Assembly (NCBI RefSeq): GCF_009914755.1
Contig: NC_060944.1
DNA: 64,000 bases
Reading direction: 5' to 3' (one strand)
Source: the human T2T-CHM13v2.0 reference genome, Homo sapiens
How positions within the stretch are numbered: the stretch's first letter is position 1; every line of letters begins with the position of its first letter. The translations under genes and the position numbers were made by a program. Of the stretch, positions 50,105-63,504 are shown in pieces. Below the pieces are notes generated by a model. The model saw only the letters and a list, made by a program, of their open reading frames with translations, did no database searches and was not told the DNA's origin.

Positions 50105-51092
50105 AGAAGGGTTCTTAACTAGGGGTCTCCATATCCCTAAGGCATCCACAGATAGAAATTGGTAGGGAAGTCGGTAGACTTGGATAGAAAGAAAGTCTTA
50201 AAAATCTTTGTTTTCCTAGCTGACATTTTCCATTTGCTTCCAATTTAAATCTAGGCCACAGTCCATAGCACTACTAGCAGTATCCCTGACTTGTCACCAA
50301 CAGAAGTCATAGATATTTTCACACCATGTTTCAGTTGTTGCAGTTCACAAATCATCATTTTTACCCATCACTGCTTCAAACTTAGGGTGGTTATATATCA
50401 GGGTAGGCAGTTATTTAATACATTAAATGGGTAGTTATTTACTGCATTTATTAGGGCAGCTAGTTATTAAATGCATGTATAAGGAAACATATTTTTGCAA
50501 AAAATGTATAACCACAACCTAATCATAAGAAAAATGCCAGGTAGACCCAAATTGAAGGACATTCTAAGACCAGAACTCTTCAAAAGTAACAAGATTGTGA
50601 AAGACTAAGGAGACACAACAGCTACATGCAGTGTCAAACCCTGGATTGAATCCTGGGACAGAGAAAGAACACTAGTAGAAAAAACTGTTGAAATCCAAAT
50701 AAAGTGTACAATTTTGTTCAGAGTATTGCCTCAACATTAATTTCCTAGTCCCTAAATGCGCCATGGTTATCTAAGTTGTTAACCTCAGGAGAATCTGGGT
50801 GAAGAGTGTACTGAAGCACTCTATATTATTTTTGCCACTTTTCTATAAGTCTACGTTTATTTCAAAATTAAAAATTAAAGTATTACATTCGGGAACTGAA
50901 AAAATAAAGAATCACACATATTACCCTATCATATATTTTTATAATATTTTGGTAAAGTATTTCAAAATAATTATTTTCATTTGAAATCCTGTGTATTTTA
51001 TGATTTTAAAAAGCTATCCTAAGAAGGGGCACACCCACCGGCTTCCTCAGACTGCCAGAGGAATCATGGCAGATAAAGATGAAGAATCACTG
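50105..51092 (+). mobile_element. hAT-Charlie non-autonomous element (MER113-like) split by an L1 3' end
   Basis: GGGTTCTTAAC terminus, TTGTCACCAACAGAAGTCATAGATATTTTC interior, right terminus GAAGAATCACTG. Confidence 0.6.
50495..50880 (+). mobile_element. L1MD/MC-like 3' end
   Basis: CTAATCATAAGAAAA..GACCCAAATTGAAGGACATTCTA..CTGGATTGAATCCTGG..TTTATTTCAAAATTAAAA. Confidence 0.75.
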
Positions 51093-52627
51093 ATTGAAGG
51101 CAATTGAAAGTTGCAGATACCAAATGCCAAGGCTACTGGATTAAGATCTATGAGGAATGCATTGACAGAGGAAACTCATCACTTTGGCTTTAGTTTGGAA
51201 TGAGTTGGTCTTTTCTTTAGCATCCTTCAATGTCATTCAACATACGTGTCCTGGAGGGAAGTCTACCTAGAATGACAGGCGAGACCAACCCACTGAAAGC
51301 TTCTGGCCATGAGTCACATACCCCATGCACTGGACACTAGCATCCCACTACTCTCCCTGCACAGCGGTGCAGAGGCTCATCTTTCTCTGTGATAACACAT
51401 TTGTTTTGCACTTGGGTTAGGGTTATAAGATTAATTACTTCCTGGGATGTTTGTTTCTCAGATATGTTTCCAAACCACTAACATGCACACACAGGCTCTA
51501 TCCTTCTGCCATGCAGTGTGAAAAAACAAATGAACAAACAAACCTTGTAGATGTTACTGGCCACCTCTGCAGGTGCTGGTGATGAAGTCAAATCAATAGC
51601 AGAATCTCACTGAAAGCAACATGTTAAGAGGCATTTAGCAATGGATATTTATCTGAATTGCTGTATGATACAAGAGGCAGAGAGGAGAAAAGAGGGGTGC
51701 CAATAAAGAAAGTGGGATAAGGAATTTGGCTGCATCATCAGGTCTACTCCAAAGAGAGCCACAAAGTCTGCCTCCAAATAAGGGACGAACACCTGAAAAC
51801 CAAACCTACTTCCTTCTTTCCTCTTCTGACCTAAAGAGGCCATGGAGCCCTACTGGAATAAACTTCAGTGGCTGAAAATGGAAACATAGGTTTGCTCTAT
51901 TTCATGCTAAAACCTCTCTTTAGAAATAATCTAATAAAATGGAATGAAAAAGTACAAGCTGTTTTGGTGGCAGTGAATTATGTTTTGGTCAGCTTGAATG
52001 GAAGTAGGGCAATATTAAAGCACTATGTCAAGAGACATGGGGATGTTTACTGTCCTTCTGCACTTAGAGTAGGCGCTCCCACTCAGACCTCTGGAGCAGA
52101 GATGCCACAGAATTTTGCCTGTGTCTGGCCAGTTAAATGTTTTGATGCTGCCCATGTAAGGGCCATTATTAAATGTGAGAGCTAGCAATGTTCAGACAGA
52201 TTTGGAACTCAGAATGGCAGAGGGAAATCTTAAAATCATAATTGAGTGTAAATGTTCACTGAGGGTTTGGAAACATCTCATTGGGGGATCTTGAAGAAAG
52301 TATTTGGAGGAACTCCTGGTAATTTTATTTAGGGATGAACAGAGGTTTAGGACATTTCTAGGCCCTCAGCAATCTTTCATAAATACCATAAGGCTGTATA
52401 ATCTAGCTATGAGCTTTCTCTATTGACCAGAATTAAAAACAAGGCAAGTGTATCTTTGATTCCCTCCAAGAACTTCCTGAACTACTAAATAGAAAGTGAC
52501 TTTGAACACCTACTATGTACCAGATGATATTCTAAATGCTTTTACTTCCTTTAATCCTTGCTATATTCTTAAGAGTTGAGTACTACTGGTCCTATTTTAC
52601 ATTTGTGAATTCTTTGTGGAATAAGGG

Positions 52628-52945
52628 TTTTTTTTTGTTGTTGTTGCTGTTGTTTGGTTTTTGAGACAGGGTCTCACTCTGTTGCCCAGGTTGGAGTGCA
52701 GTGCTGTGATCAGAGCTCACTGCAACCTCTACCTCCTAGGCTCAATGATTCTCCTAACTCAGCCTCCCAAGTAGCTGGGACTACAGGCACACACCACTAT
52801 ACCTAGTTAATTTTGAAAAATTCTTTGTAGGGATGGGGGTCTCACCATATTGCCCAGGCTAGTCTTGAACTGTTGGGCTCAAGCAATCTTTCCATCTCAG
52901 CCTCCCAAACCACTGGGATTACAGGAATGAGCCACGGTGCCCAGT
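52628..52945 (-). mobile_element. AluJ SINE
   Basis: GAGACAGGGTCTCACTCTGTTGCCCAGG..GGGCTCAAGCAATC..GCCACGGTGCCCAG with a (TTG)-type tail. Confidence 0.93.
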
Positions 52946-53321
52946 TAATTTAGCAGCAAGCTACAGGACCCTGAGTATTGCTTCCTAGGCTCTGTCTTCA
53001 AGAACAGAAATTGTTCATCTGGTTGGAAATTGTGAATTTCGTTTCATGGAAATCCATGCTACTTTTCCCTAAGAAAATAATAAAGTTAGTATTTTTGGAG
53101 AGGAGGAACCATAAAATTTATGTTATATTTAAAAGCCTATCAGGATTGCCTTCCTGATTTGGCTCTTGACTTGGCTGTTGTTGCTGTATAGGAATGCAAG
53201 TGATTTTTGTACATTGATTTTGTACTCTGAAATTTTGCTGAAGTTGTTTATCAACTGAAGGAGGTTTTGGGCCAAGACTGTGGTTTTCTGGATATAGAAT
53301 CATGTCATATGCAAACAGGCA

Positions 53322-53615
53322 TCATTTGACTTCCTCTCTTCCTATTTGGATGCTCTTTATTTCTTTTTCTTGCCTGATTGCTCTGGCTAGGACTTCCAAT
53401 ACTATGTTGAATAGGAGTGGTGAGCAAGGATATCTTTGTCTTGTGCTGGTTTTCAAGGGAAATGCTGCTAGCTTTGGCCTATTAGATATGATGTTGACTG
53501 TGGGTTTGTCATAGATGGCTCTTATTATTTTGAGGTATGTTCCTTCAGTACCTAGTTTATTGAGAGTTTTTAATGTGAAAGGGTTTTGAATTTTTTCAAA
53601 AGCCCTTTTCTGCAT
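53322..53615 (-). pseudogene. L1 ORF2 reverse-transcriptase remnant (non-functional)
   Basis: Translation [45 protein letters not shown] is L1 ORF2p RT. The surrounding frame is broken. Confidence 0.9.
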
Positions 53616-54030
53616 CTATTGAGATAATCATGTGGTTTTTGTCTTTAGTTCTGTTTATATGATGAATCACATTTATTGATTTGTATATGTTGAACCAACC
53701 CTGCATCCAGGGGATGAGGCCTACTTGATCGTGGTGGATTAACTTTTTGATGTGTTTGCAAGTGTTTTGTTGAGGATTTTTGCATCAATGTTCATCAAGG
53801 ATATTGCCCTGAAGTTTTCTTTGCTTTGCTGTGTTTCTGCCAGGTTTTGGTATCAGGATGATGCTGGCCTCATAGAATGAGTTGGTGAAGAGTCCCTCCT
53901 CCTCAATTTTTTGAAGTAGTTTTAGTAGGAATGGTACCAGCTCTTATTTGTGCATCTGGGAGAATTTGGCTATGAATCCATAAGTTCTTAATTTTGGGGG
54001 TGGGAGGGTAGAAGGCTATTTATTACTGAT

Positions 54031-54393
54031 TGTAGTAGTCTGTTTCCACACTGCTGATAAAGACATACTCGAGACTGAGTAATTTATGAAGAAAAAGATG
54101 TTTAATGGACTCATAATTCCACATGGCTGGGGAGGCCTTACAATCATGGCAGAAGACAAAAGGCATATCTTACATGACAGCAGGCAAAGAGGGAATGAAA
54201 GCCAAGTGAAAGGGGTTTTCCCTTATAAAACCATCAGATCTCGTGCGACTTATTCACTACCAAGAGAACAGTATGAGGAAAACCACCCCCATGATTCAGT
54301 TATCTCCGACCAGGTCCCTCCTACAACACGTGGGAATTATGGGAACTACAATTCAAGATGAGAATTGGGTGGGGACACAGCCAAACCATATCA
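54031..54393 (-). mobile_element. THE1B-like MaLR solo LTR
   Basis: Reverse complement starts TGATATGGTTTGGCTGTGTCCCCACCC. Length 363 bp. Perfect 5-bp TSD CTGAT (54026-54030, 54394-54398). Confidence 0.95.
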
Positions 54394-55442
54394 CTGATTC
54401 TATTTCAGAGTTCATTATTGGTCTGTTCAGGAAATCAATTTCTTCCTGGTTTTCTTGGGAGGAATGTTTCTAGGAATTTATCCATCTCTTCTGGATTTTC
54501 TAGTTTGTGTGCATAAAGATGTTCATAGTAGTTTCTGATGGTTGATTTAATCTCTGTGGGGTCAGTGGTAACATTCCCTTCATCATTTCTAATTGTGTTT
54601 ATTTGGATCTTCCCTCTTTTCTTCTTTATTAATCTAGCTAGCAGCCTATCTATCTTATTAACTTTTTTAAAAAAACCAATTCCTGGATTCATTGATCTTT
54701 TGAATGTTTTTTTTTTGTTTGTTTGTTAGAAAGATCTTAAATTAACAACCTAACATCACAGCTGAAAGAAATACGGAAGCAAAATCAAATCAACCCTAAC
54801 TTTAGCAGAAGACAAGAAATAACCAAAATCAGAACTGAACTGAAGGAAATCAACACACAGACACAGGCAAACACACACACACAACATTTAGTGCTATGAA
54901 TTTCCCTCTTAACACTGCATTAGCTCTGTCTCAGAGATTCTGGTATTTTATATATCTGTTCTCATTAGTTTCAAAGAACTTCTTAATTTCTGCCTTAATT
55001 TCATTATTTACTCAAAAGTCATTGAAAAGCATGTTGTTTAGTTTCTATGTAATTACATGGTAGGGACCTGTTGCTGGCCGAAAAGTACATGTAGGAGGTA
55101 GCTGGAGACACTGGTTGTGAGGCACTACCTGGTACTGAGGAGCAGGATTGGGGACCCACTTTAAAAAGCAGTCTGGCCACATTTTCACAAAGGAGCTGTG
55201 CTCGGGGGTCCACTTTAGCCTATGATTGCCTTGGACTCTCCAAAGTCTGAAGGCTGGAATAGCTAAGTCACTGAAACAGCAAAGATAATGGCCCATCCCC
55301 CACCCCTCTGGGAGCTCTGTCCAGGGAGATTTCAAATCTCAGTTGGCTGAGAGCACTGGCAGGGGTGGCTAGGGACCCTAGTTGGGAGGTCCCACCCAGT
55401 GAGGAGGAACAGAATTGGGAACCCACTTTAAAAAGCAGTCTG

Positions 55443-55745
55443 AGCTGGGTGTGGTGGCTCATGCCTGTAATCCCAGCACTTCAGGAGGCCGAGGCAGGTG
55501 AATCACCTGAGGTGAAGAGTTCAAGACCAGCCTGGCCAATGCAGTAAAACTCCATCTTTAGCACAAATACAAAAATTAGCTGCATGTGGTGGTGTGTACC
55601 TATTGTCTTGCTACTTGGGAGGCTGAAGCACGAGAATTGCTTGAACCCAGAAGGTAGAGGTTTCAGTAGATTGAGCCACTGCACTTCAACCTGAGTGACA
55701 GAGCAAGACTCCATCTCAAAAAAAAAATTAAAATTAAAAAAAAAA
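55443..55745 (+). mobile_element. AluS SINE inserted in the L1 5'UTR
   Basis: Dimeric Alu. TSD AAAAAGCAGTCTG (55430-55442) / AAAAAGCAATCTG (55745-55757). Confidence 0.95.
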
Positions 55746-57024
55746 AAAAGCAATCTGGCCACATCTTCACAGAACAGCTGTGCTGTGCTGGGGGATCCTT
55801 TCCAGCCCTGGTTGCTTGGACTCTCCAAACCCTGAAAACTGGAACTGCTAAGTCAGCCAAACAGCAAAGGTGGCAGCCCATCCCTTTCCTGGGGAGCTCC
55901 ATCCCAGGGAAGTGCAAAGCTACCACTGCTGGCTGGCTAGAATTCCACGCCAGTGGGTCTTATCCTGTGAGGTGCTATGGAAGTGAGGCCTGCAGACAGT
56001 CTCTGGTCAGTTCCCTGGATTCAGCCTCTTTCCTAGGGGTATCTATGGCAGTCTAACCTCCTGCTTTGTTGGAGCTGCAGCTACTTTTGCTGGGAAGCCC
56101 GGAGAGCCTGAGTATCTAAGGCTCCCAGGTCTCCACGTGTACCAGATGGCTGCTCTGCCAAGGCTCCACCTAGCTCTGAAGACCCCGGTGGTGTGAGTTC
56201 ATGAGGGGATCTCCTGACCTGAGGGTTGCAAAGATCCGTGGGAGAAGCGTGGGTTCCCGGGGTCACACATTCACTCACAGCTTCCCTGGGCAGGGGGTGT
56301 TTCCTTGGCTTGGTGTTGCTCCCAAGTGGGCCATCATCCTGCCTTGCTTTTCTCCATTCTCCATAGGTCAGGTTATTTCTTTGATTAGTCCCAGTGCTTG
56401 CACCTGGATGTTTCAGTTGAAGGTACTGTATTAACTCACCCCTTCCATTCCTCTCGGTGAGAGCCACACACACTAGCTGCTTCTAGTCGGCCATCTTGGC
56501 CATGGCGACCTCCCCCAACTTTTTTTAGTTGTGCAAATTTGTTGTAAATATTATTTCAGATAAATATGATACAGGAAAGAGTTAAAGAACATGCCAGTTT
56601 ATGGCAGCAAAGATAGTAAAAGTATTTCCAAGCCAGACAGGAAGATTCTAATTTAGAGGACATCTCTGAATTAATTAACAAAGGGCCATGAACTTTTAAA
56701 AGGGTGTCTCTTCAGAAATACTGGTGCTGGTGAAATGTCATTGTAATAGGATGTAAGAGGATAAACACCTAATTAAGAATTCCCACTAACTCTGAAGCCA
56801 ATAAAGGGTGATAGACGGTTAGGAAGTCCAAGCTTAGGGCAGTAGATATTGGTGCTGTCCTAGGAAGCTTCCTTGGGGACCAGCTCGGGGCAACAAGCAG
56901 TGGGCTGAAAAGAGGAACCTTCAAATCCAAGGCCAGGATTCGTGTCTGGAGGCATCAAGGGCCCTGTAGGATAACCACAAAGTTTTGTTCTTTGGTTCTC
57001 TTTGTCCAGAGCAATCATCTAAGG

Positions 57025-57285
57025 TAGTAAGGTAGTGGTGAAGAGCACAGTCTTTAGAGTTTGAAGAAGTGTGTTCAAATTTCTACTCTGCCACTTAATA
57101 GCTATGTGATATTGGGCATGTAACTTTACCTCTCTGATCCTTAATTTCTCATTGTAAGACAGGATTATAATACTATTTACTACAGAGACTGTCATGAGGC
57201 TTAATTAGTAAATATATGTAAGGAACATGGCAGAGTTCCTGGCATGCAGTAAGTGTCCAGTAAGTATTAGAAGTTACCATTATTA
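57025..57285 (+). mobile_element. MIR SINE, near full length
   Basis: TAGTGGTGAAGAGCACAG..CTCTGCCACTTAATAGCTATGTGA..CCTGGCATGCAGTAAGTG. Confidence 0.88.
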
Positions 57286-58039
57286 TGGCTCCCTGCCTAA
57301 ATTCCCCACCATGGGCTAGGCAGAATGAAGGGGGACAGGGTTAGAGAAATAGAAGAAATTTACAAGAGTTACACCAATACACAAATAGGTAAATGTCAAA
57401 ATGTGTTGAAGCCACAGGAGTCAACAGGAGTCAGGTTAATACAAAATATCATTATATTTTCTCATTAAATATTTTATTTACTACTATATTATAGCAAATG
57501 CAAAATAAAATGCTTAAATGAAAAAAAGTCATAGGTTCTCAAATAAACTTTTTTCTCATAAAGTTTAAAGTTCCTCAACGTTGTATTTAGAAGAACAAGA
57601 CCCTTAAGATTGGAGAGCAACCCTAGTATTCATTCCCCTCAAAGAAATGACAACGCAGTGCTACATCCACACTCACTGAGGACAAAAAATTCTTTCTCCA
57701 AAGCACTTATACATGAGGTCTATATTTATATTTTCCTCCTCTAGAATGATTCTATTTTCTTTCAAATCATTTAGTACCCTTTATGCATGTTTACTAAGTA
57801 ATGTACTTATTGATTTATTATTACCAAATAATAAATTTCTCAGGAAAGTATAGCCTGGCAAAACTGTCATACATAGCTGAAAGACTTGTCATTGGTTGTG
57901 ATCCCTGTTAGTTTGAATAATTCAACAGCCATTTATTGTGCAACGACTATGCTCTAGTCACTTTGCAGGTGCACGGGTTAAAGAGACAGACCAGGTCAAC
58001 CTGCATGCACAGTTCAGTGGGCAATACGGAGCAGCTCTA

Positions 58040-58285
58040 ACAGCAAGTGCTGCATAGTACCTGCTGTGTGCCACACATTATTCTAGCACCACTGTAGGCA
58101 TCCACACTGCCTCTGAAGAACTGCCCATCAGGTAGGTACTGTCACATACCCATCTTACACAGGGGGACACTGGGGCACAGGGAGCTAAAGTAACCTACCC
58201 AGAACCCTATAGCTAGAAAGTGGCAGAGCTGGAAGTAGAACCAAGTAGTCTGGTTGCAGAGTCTAAAGTCTTCACTATTAGTCTG
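58040..58285 (-). mobile_element. MIR SINE
   Basis: CCCATCTTACACAGGGGGACACTGGGGCACAG..AAGTGGCAGAGCTGG. Confidence 0.75.
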
Positions 58286-58339
58286 TGCTGTCTATTTAAA
58301 AGAGAGAAGAAATAGGCAAACAAGGAAACATAAAAAAGA

Positions 58340-58700
58340 CACTTTCAGAGTGACAGTGCCATGAAGTGAAGGAGTCATAGCTGCCATGAAGAAATTAAAC
58401 TGGACATTAATAAGGAGGTTGGTGGTAATTTCTTGGGTGTGGGCATGTTTGCACTGAGATGGGGGACTGAGCATGAACCAGCCATGGCCCAACTGGCCAG
58501 GGAGTGGTGTGTGCAGAAGAAGGGATAACACAAGGACAAGGGGTTCCAGGTGGGAAGAGGTTTGCTGCATCCCAGAAGGCTGGTGGGGCTAGAGCATCAG
58601 AAGAGGTGTCAGATGGGGTTGAGAGTTAGAGCCCTAAAGATTATTCTAAGAAGCCCCTTTTGGAGGGTTTTCACATGATGAGGACATGAACTAGCATGCA
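58340..58700. mobile_element. L2 fragment
   Basis: TGAGCATGAACCAGCCATG..GGTTCCAGGTGGGA..GGCTGGTGGGGCTAGAGC pattern. Confidence 0.5.
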
Positions 58701-59139
58701 CTACAGAGTTGAGATGCTGTATTTTGTCTTGTGACAAATTAAAGGAGAAAGTCATACTAGTCTTGGTACTTTTGACTTAGACACAATCCACCCTACAGGA
58801 GCATGGTCCCTCTCCCTACATCAGTCACGTGTCACTTGACCACAGGTCTTCTGCTCTGGGCTCATTTCCACTGGCTAGCAGACATATATTATCACCCCTA
58901 TATACACTGCTCCACACAAAAGCTTCTTGCCCATAGGGCAGGGATTATGTGTTTTTCAGTCACCATTCTCATTCCTGCACCTGGCATGGTGCCTGGAGTA
59001 CAATGAGCACTCTGGAAATACATGCTATGGAGAAAAAAAGTCAGAGAAAAGACATGGAGATGAGAAAGGAATGATGGAGGAGTGGTGGAATAAGGGAGGG
59101 GAAGAAGGAAGGGAAGGGAGGAGGGTGGGCAAAAGGAAG

Positions 59140-60174
<1,035 letters not shown>

Positions 60175-60829
60175 GAAGCAGGCAAGCAGGTTGCCCCTGG
60201 GAGTGGGCATACCTTGTCTCCTACACCTGGCCTCTTAGTTCTGCTGTCTTTTGTAGGCATTCCCTATTCAGTTCTTCCTCACTGTAGTCTACAGCAGAAG
60301 TAGTCTAAAGCTGACCACAGAGGGAATTTCTTTGCCTTTTATCTCTGCTGCTTTTTTGCCTGGACTCCAAGGAAGCTGATCTTTCCTTGTGTTTACTGCT
60401 TTGTGCAGACATCAAAGAAAGAAGAGCAATGGTTTCTGGACCAGCATTTCCCAAATGTGCTTGGCTGAAAATTTTGTTAATTACATGACAAAAATGCCCT
60501 GTGAATGAGCTGGCGGCCTGGTGGGCCTGCAGGATTTGTGACACAGCAAGGGAGACTCTATGGAACCACTGAATTGTCTTATTGCAATGCCTCCTCTGAA
60601 CAACTGACACCGAGACACTGGAGCCTGTCTCCTTTGTCTTTGAGGGGATCTAGAAGGTAGGCAGGGATCAGTGACAACGCTGCTGCTGTATCATGCCTTC
60701 ATGGTGGCAGGAGGCCAAATGTGACTCACACACACCGCAGCAGGCTCTTCCCATGCTCTGGTCTATAAGTTGGTCACATGGCCTTTTCGGCCTCAGTATC
60801 TTGGCTTTTCACAGTTCACTGGAGTAGCT

Positions 60830-61000
60830 CGCACTTCCTGAGCACGCTGAGTGCTCTCAGCATGCTCATGTTGTCTTGTGTAATCCTCAGGACTGCCCTA
60901 TGAGCTAGGGACGATTTCCATCCACATTTGAAAGATGAGGAACCTGTGCCTAAATCACATCTTAAGTCCAAATGGATGGATGAAAACACTTTCATTACTG
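60830..61000 (-). mobile_element. MIR SINE
   Basis: TAATCCTCAGGACTGCCCTATGAG..AGATGAGGAACCTG. Confidence 0.7.
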
Positions 61001-62814
61001 GGCTCCCTGAGTTGGTGTGAGAAGCGGAATGACTTTTCAGAAGGCCTCTGGCTGGCATCCGCTATCCGCTTCCCTTTCTAACAGATCCTGGATTTGCTCA
61101 GTGTGCCTGGTTACCAGGTATCAGCTTGCCAGACTCCATTACCACTGAGGGTGCCTGTGGTAAAGTTGATATTACTAAAATTGCTGTTCTCCAATTCCCC
61201 ATTTAGGAAGATTAGAGCCTTGATTTACCCACACCTAGGAGAGGACAAAACAAGGATCACCCTGAATGGTGTCCTCATCCATGCAAACTACGTGGAATTG
61301 ATCATATTCTCAATTCCACTGCCTTCTCTCCCTACCCTCTCAGAGTTAATACCTGATGGGGAGATTGCGCATGTGACAATCAATAATAATACAAGGCAGG
61401 ATGTAGTAAGTATTTTGGGTGTGACCCAGATTGCTAAGAGGACACAGAAAAGGAAGAGTTGTTCTGACAGGAGGATCTGAGGACACATCATGGCTTTGAA
61501 GGAGGCAGGGAGGCAGAAAAAGCCTCCAGGAGGTAAGCTCAGTATGTGCAAATGCACAGAGGTGGCAGTATTGAGAGATGGCAGGGCATCGGGGGCCAGC
61601 TCCATCTATGCACACACAGCAGTGGGAGGGGAAGGGGATTTTCTCCAGTTTTTCAATCAGTACATGTTTCCTTTTTCCTCATGGTGTGCCCTTCATCTCT
61701 CCCACTCTGAGAACATCCTTCTCTTCCTCTCTAGCCACTCTAAAACCACAATGGATGCTTTTTCCTGGCTTTGGTTAAAAATCCTTATCCCAGCACACTT
61801 TCTGTTCTGAGTCAGGTAGCTGCCTGAAAAAAAGACAGAGAGCCCAGATTCCACTTGGGGAAGATTTATCTGCATGTTATTTATGCACCTCGGTTTTCAG
61901 AGTGCAACAATTTGGTCACAAACCTGGCCCAAGCCACATCAAAAGATGGGTGGCACGACCCTGGGAAGGGAACTGGGAAGGAAACTGACAAGGATGCACC
62001 AGAGCCCAGGAGCCCCATGTGGGGATTTGGTGTGTGCTTCGGTTTTGTGTCTGTTTCTCTGTGATAGTGTTGTTTTCTGTCCCGTGAGGAAGAAACCATG
62101 GCTGATGGCAGCTCCCAAGTTTTGTATTTCTCAGCTTCAAAGAGAGATTTTGAATTTCCTCTTTTTATCCTTCTGGAAGGATTTGTTGTCCTAGCTTGGG
62201 TTAATTGAGGGACCAAAGTAATACCATGGCAGCCCAAAGTTGCCAGTTGGATCATGGAGTTCAGTGCCACTTGATCCTGCTCCCAAGAGAAGAAGGTTGC
62301 AGGGAAGATGGAGCCCCAGATATCTATGACTCTTATTTTCATTATCTTTCATCGTCATCTCAGTGCAGCCTCTAAGGCAAATACATTATGTAATTTACCA
62401 AATATTAAATGATGTCTGGACATTTGAGCTGTTGCTTATTGCTTTCTGTTTTAATGCTAAGTGCCTTGGCCAAGATCCCAAGGCCTCCTGCTTCCACCTC
62501 ACTTACCTGCCTGTTTCCTGTGTCTCTCCCTGCCATGTACCTCCCTAGGTTGCACTAATTCAAACCTTTCTTCTCAAAAGATACATCATTAGCTGATACC
62601 TTTTACTTCTTTCTCACTTCCTGCTTATACCTCCTAATTAGCACCTTTTCTATAATTTATTAAGCCAGAATACAATGGTGACAGACATCATGCTGCCTCA
62701 CTGACTAGATATTTTATTCTATATTCTTTGTTTTTCAACCAGATTGTAGGTCCTATTGGCAAGGATCTTGTTCTACACTTCCTTCTCCTGGATCTCATAT
62801 CATAATGTCAACCA

Positions 62815-63302
62815 TATCTGTTAGGTTTTGCTGCATAACGAACTGTCCCAAAGCTTAGTAGCTTAAAATAATAGCCATGGTATTTTTTTAAGCTCATGCT
62901 TCTGTGGATTGTCAACATGAGCTGGGCTCAGCTGGGCTGCTCTGCTGGCCTTGACTGGGCTCATTCATGCATTTGTGATTAGTTTCTTGTCATCTAGGCA
63001 GCTCTGCTTCTGGGAGCTGGCTAGTTACTGACTGGGGTGAAGAGGTGGCTGGGCTGCCTGTCTCTCATCATCCAGCAGGCTAGCCCTGGCTCATTTACAT
63101 ACAGTTAGCAGATTTCCAAGAACAGCAATAGAGGAAAGCTCCAATGTGCTAGCACGTTTCATGTTTCTGCTTGTGCCACATTTACTATTGCCTTGTGAAC
63201 CAAAGCAAGTCACATGGCCAAAATCAGAGTTAGTGTAGGAGGAAAATGATGGCATGGCTATAGAGAGGGAAAGAACTTGTGCCCATTTTTGCAATGTATT
63301 AC
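62815..63302 (-). mobile_element. MLT1G/H-like MaLR solo LTR
   Basis: TTTTGCTGCATAAC..CTTAGTAGCTTAAAA..GGGCTCAGCTGGGC..CAAAGCAAGTCACATGGCCAA. Confidence 0.8.
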
Positions 63303-63467
63303 GTTAGGTATATTCTATTTTTTAATTTAAAAAATTTTTATAAATATACATCTGCCTGCTTAAATTGTATAAATCACTCTTCAAAATATCATTAGAAGTG
63401 ATTATCTTGAAATGTTTTCCTTCTGTAGCTGTATTCTATTTTTTACTGGCCTTTTAAAATTCTATTT

Positions 63468-63470
<3 letters not shown>

Positions 63471-63500
<30 letters not shown>
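63471..63500. repeat. (CT)n microsatellite
   Basis: Directly visible. Confidence 0.95.

Positions 63501-63504
<4 letters not shown>

Larger units (their letters stand above)
53137..56516 (-). mobile_element. Old primate L1 (L1PA15/16 or L1PB-like): 5' end intact, ORF1 and EN deleted, 3' part absent; carries THE1B, Alu and a micro-inversion
   Basis: 5' start GGCCAAGATGGCCGACTAGAAGCAGCT (YY1 motif 56488-56498); 5'UTR 55063-56516; ORF2 53137-55062. Confidence 0.88.

Noticed and set aside
53118-54729. L1 ORF2 peptides as an active retrotransposon
   Set aside because: Frameshifts, stops, THE1B insertion, inversion and missing ORF1, EN and 3' end.
61094-62342. Cluster of 100-153 aa ORFs
   Set aside because: No recognisable domain, overlapping on both strands, many with non-ATG starts, and partly over probable decayed L2/MLT1 sequence.
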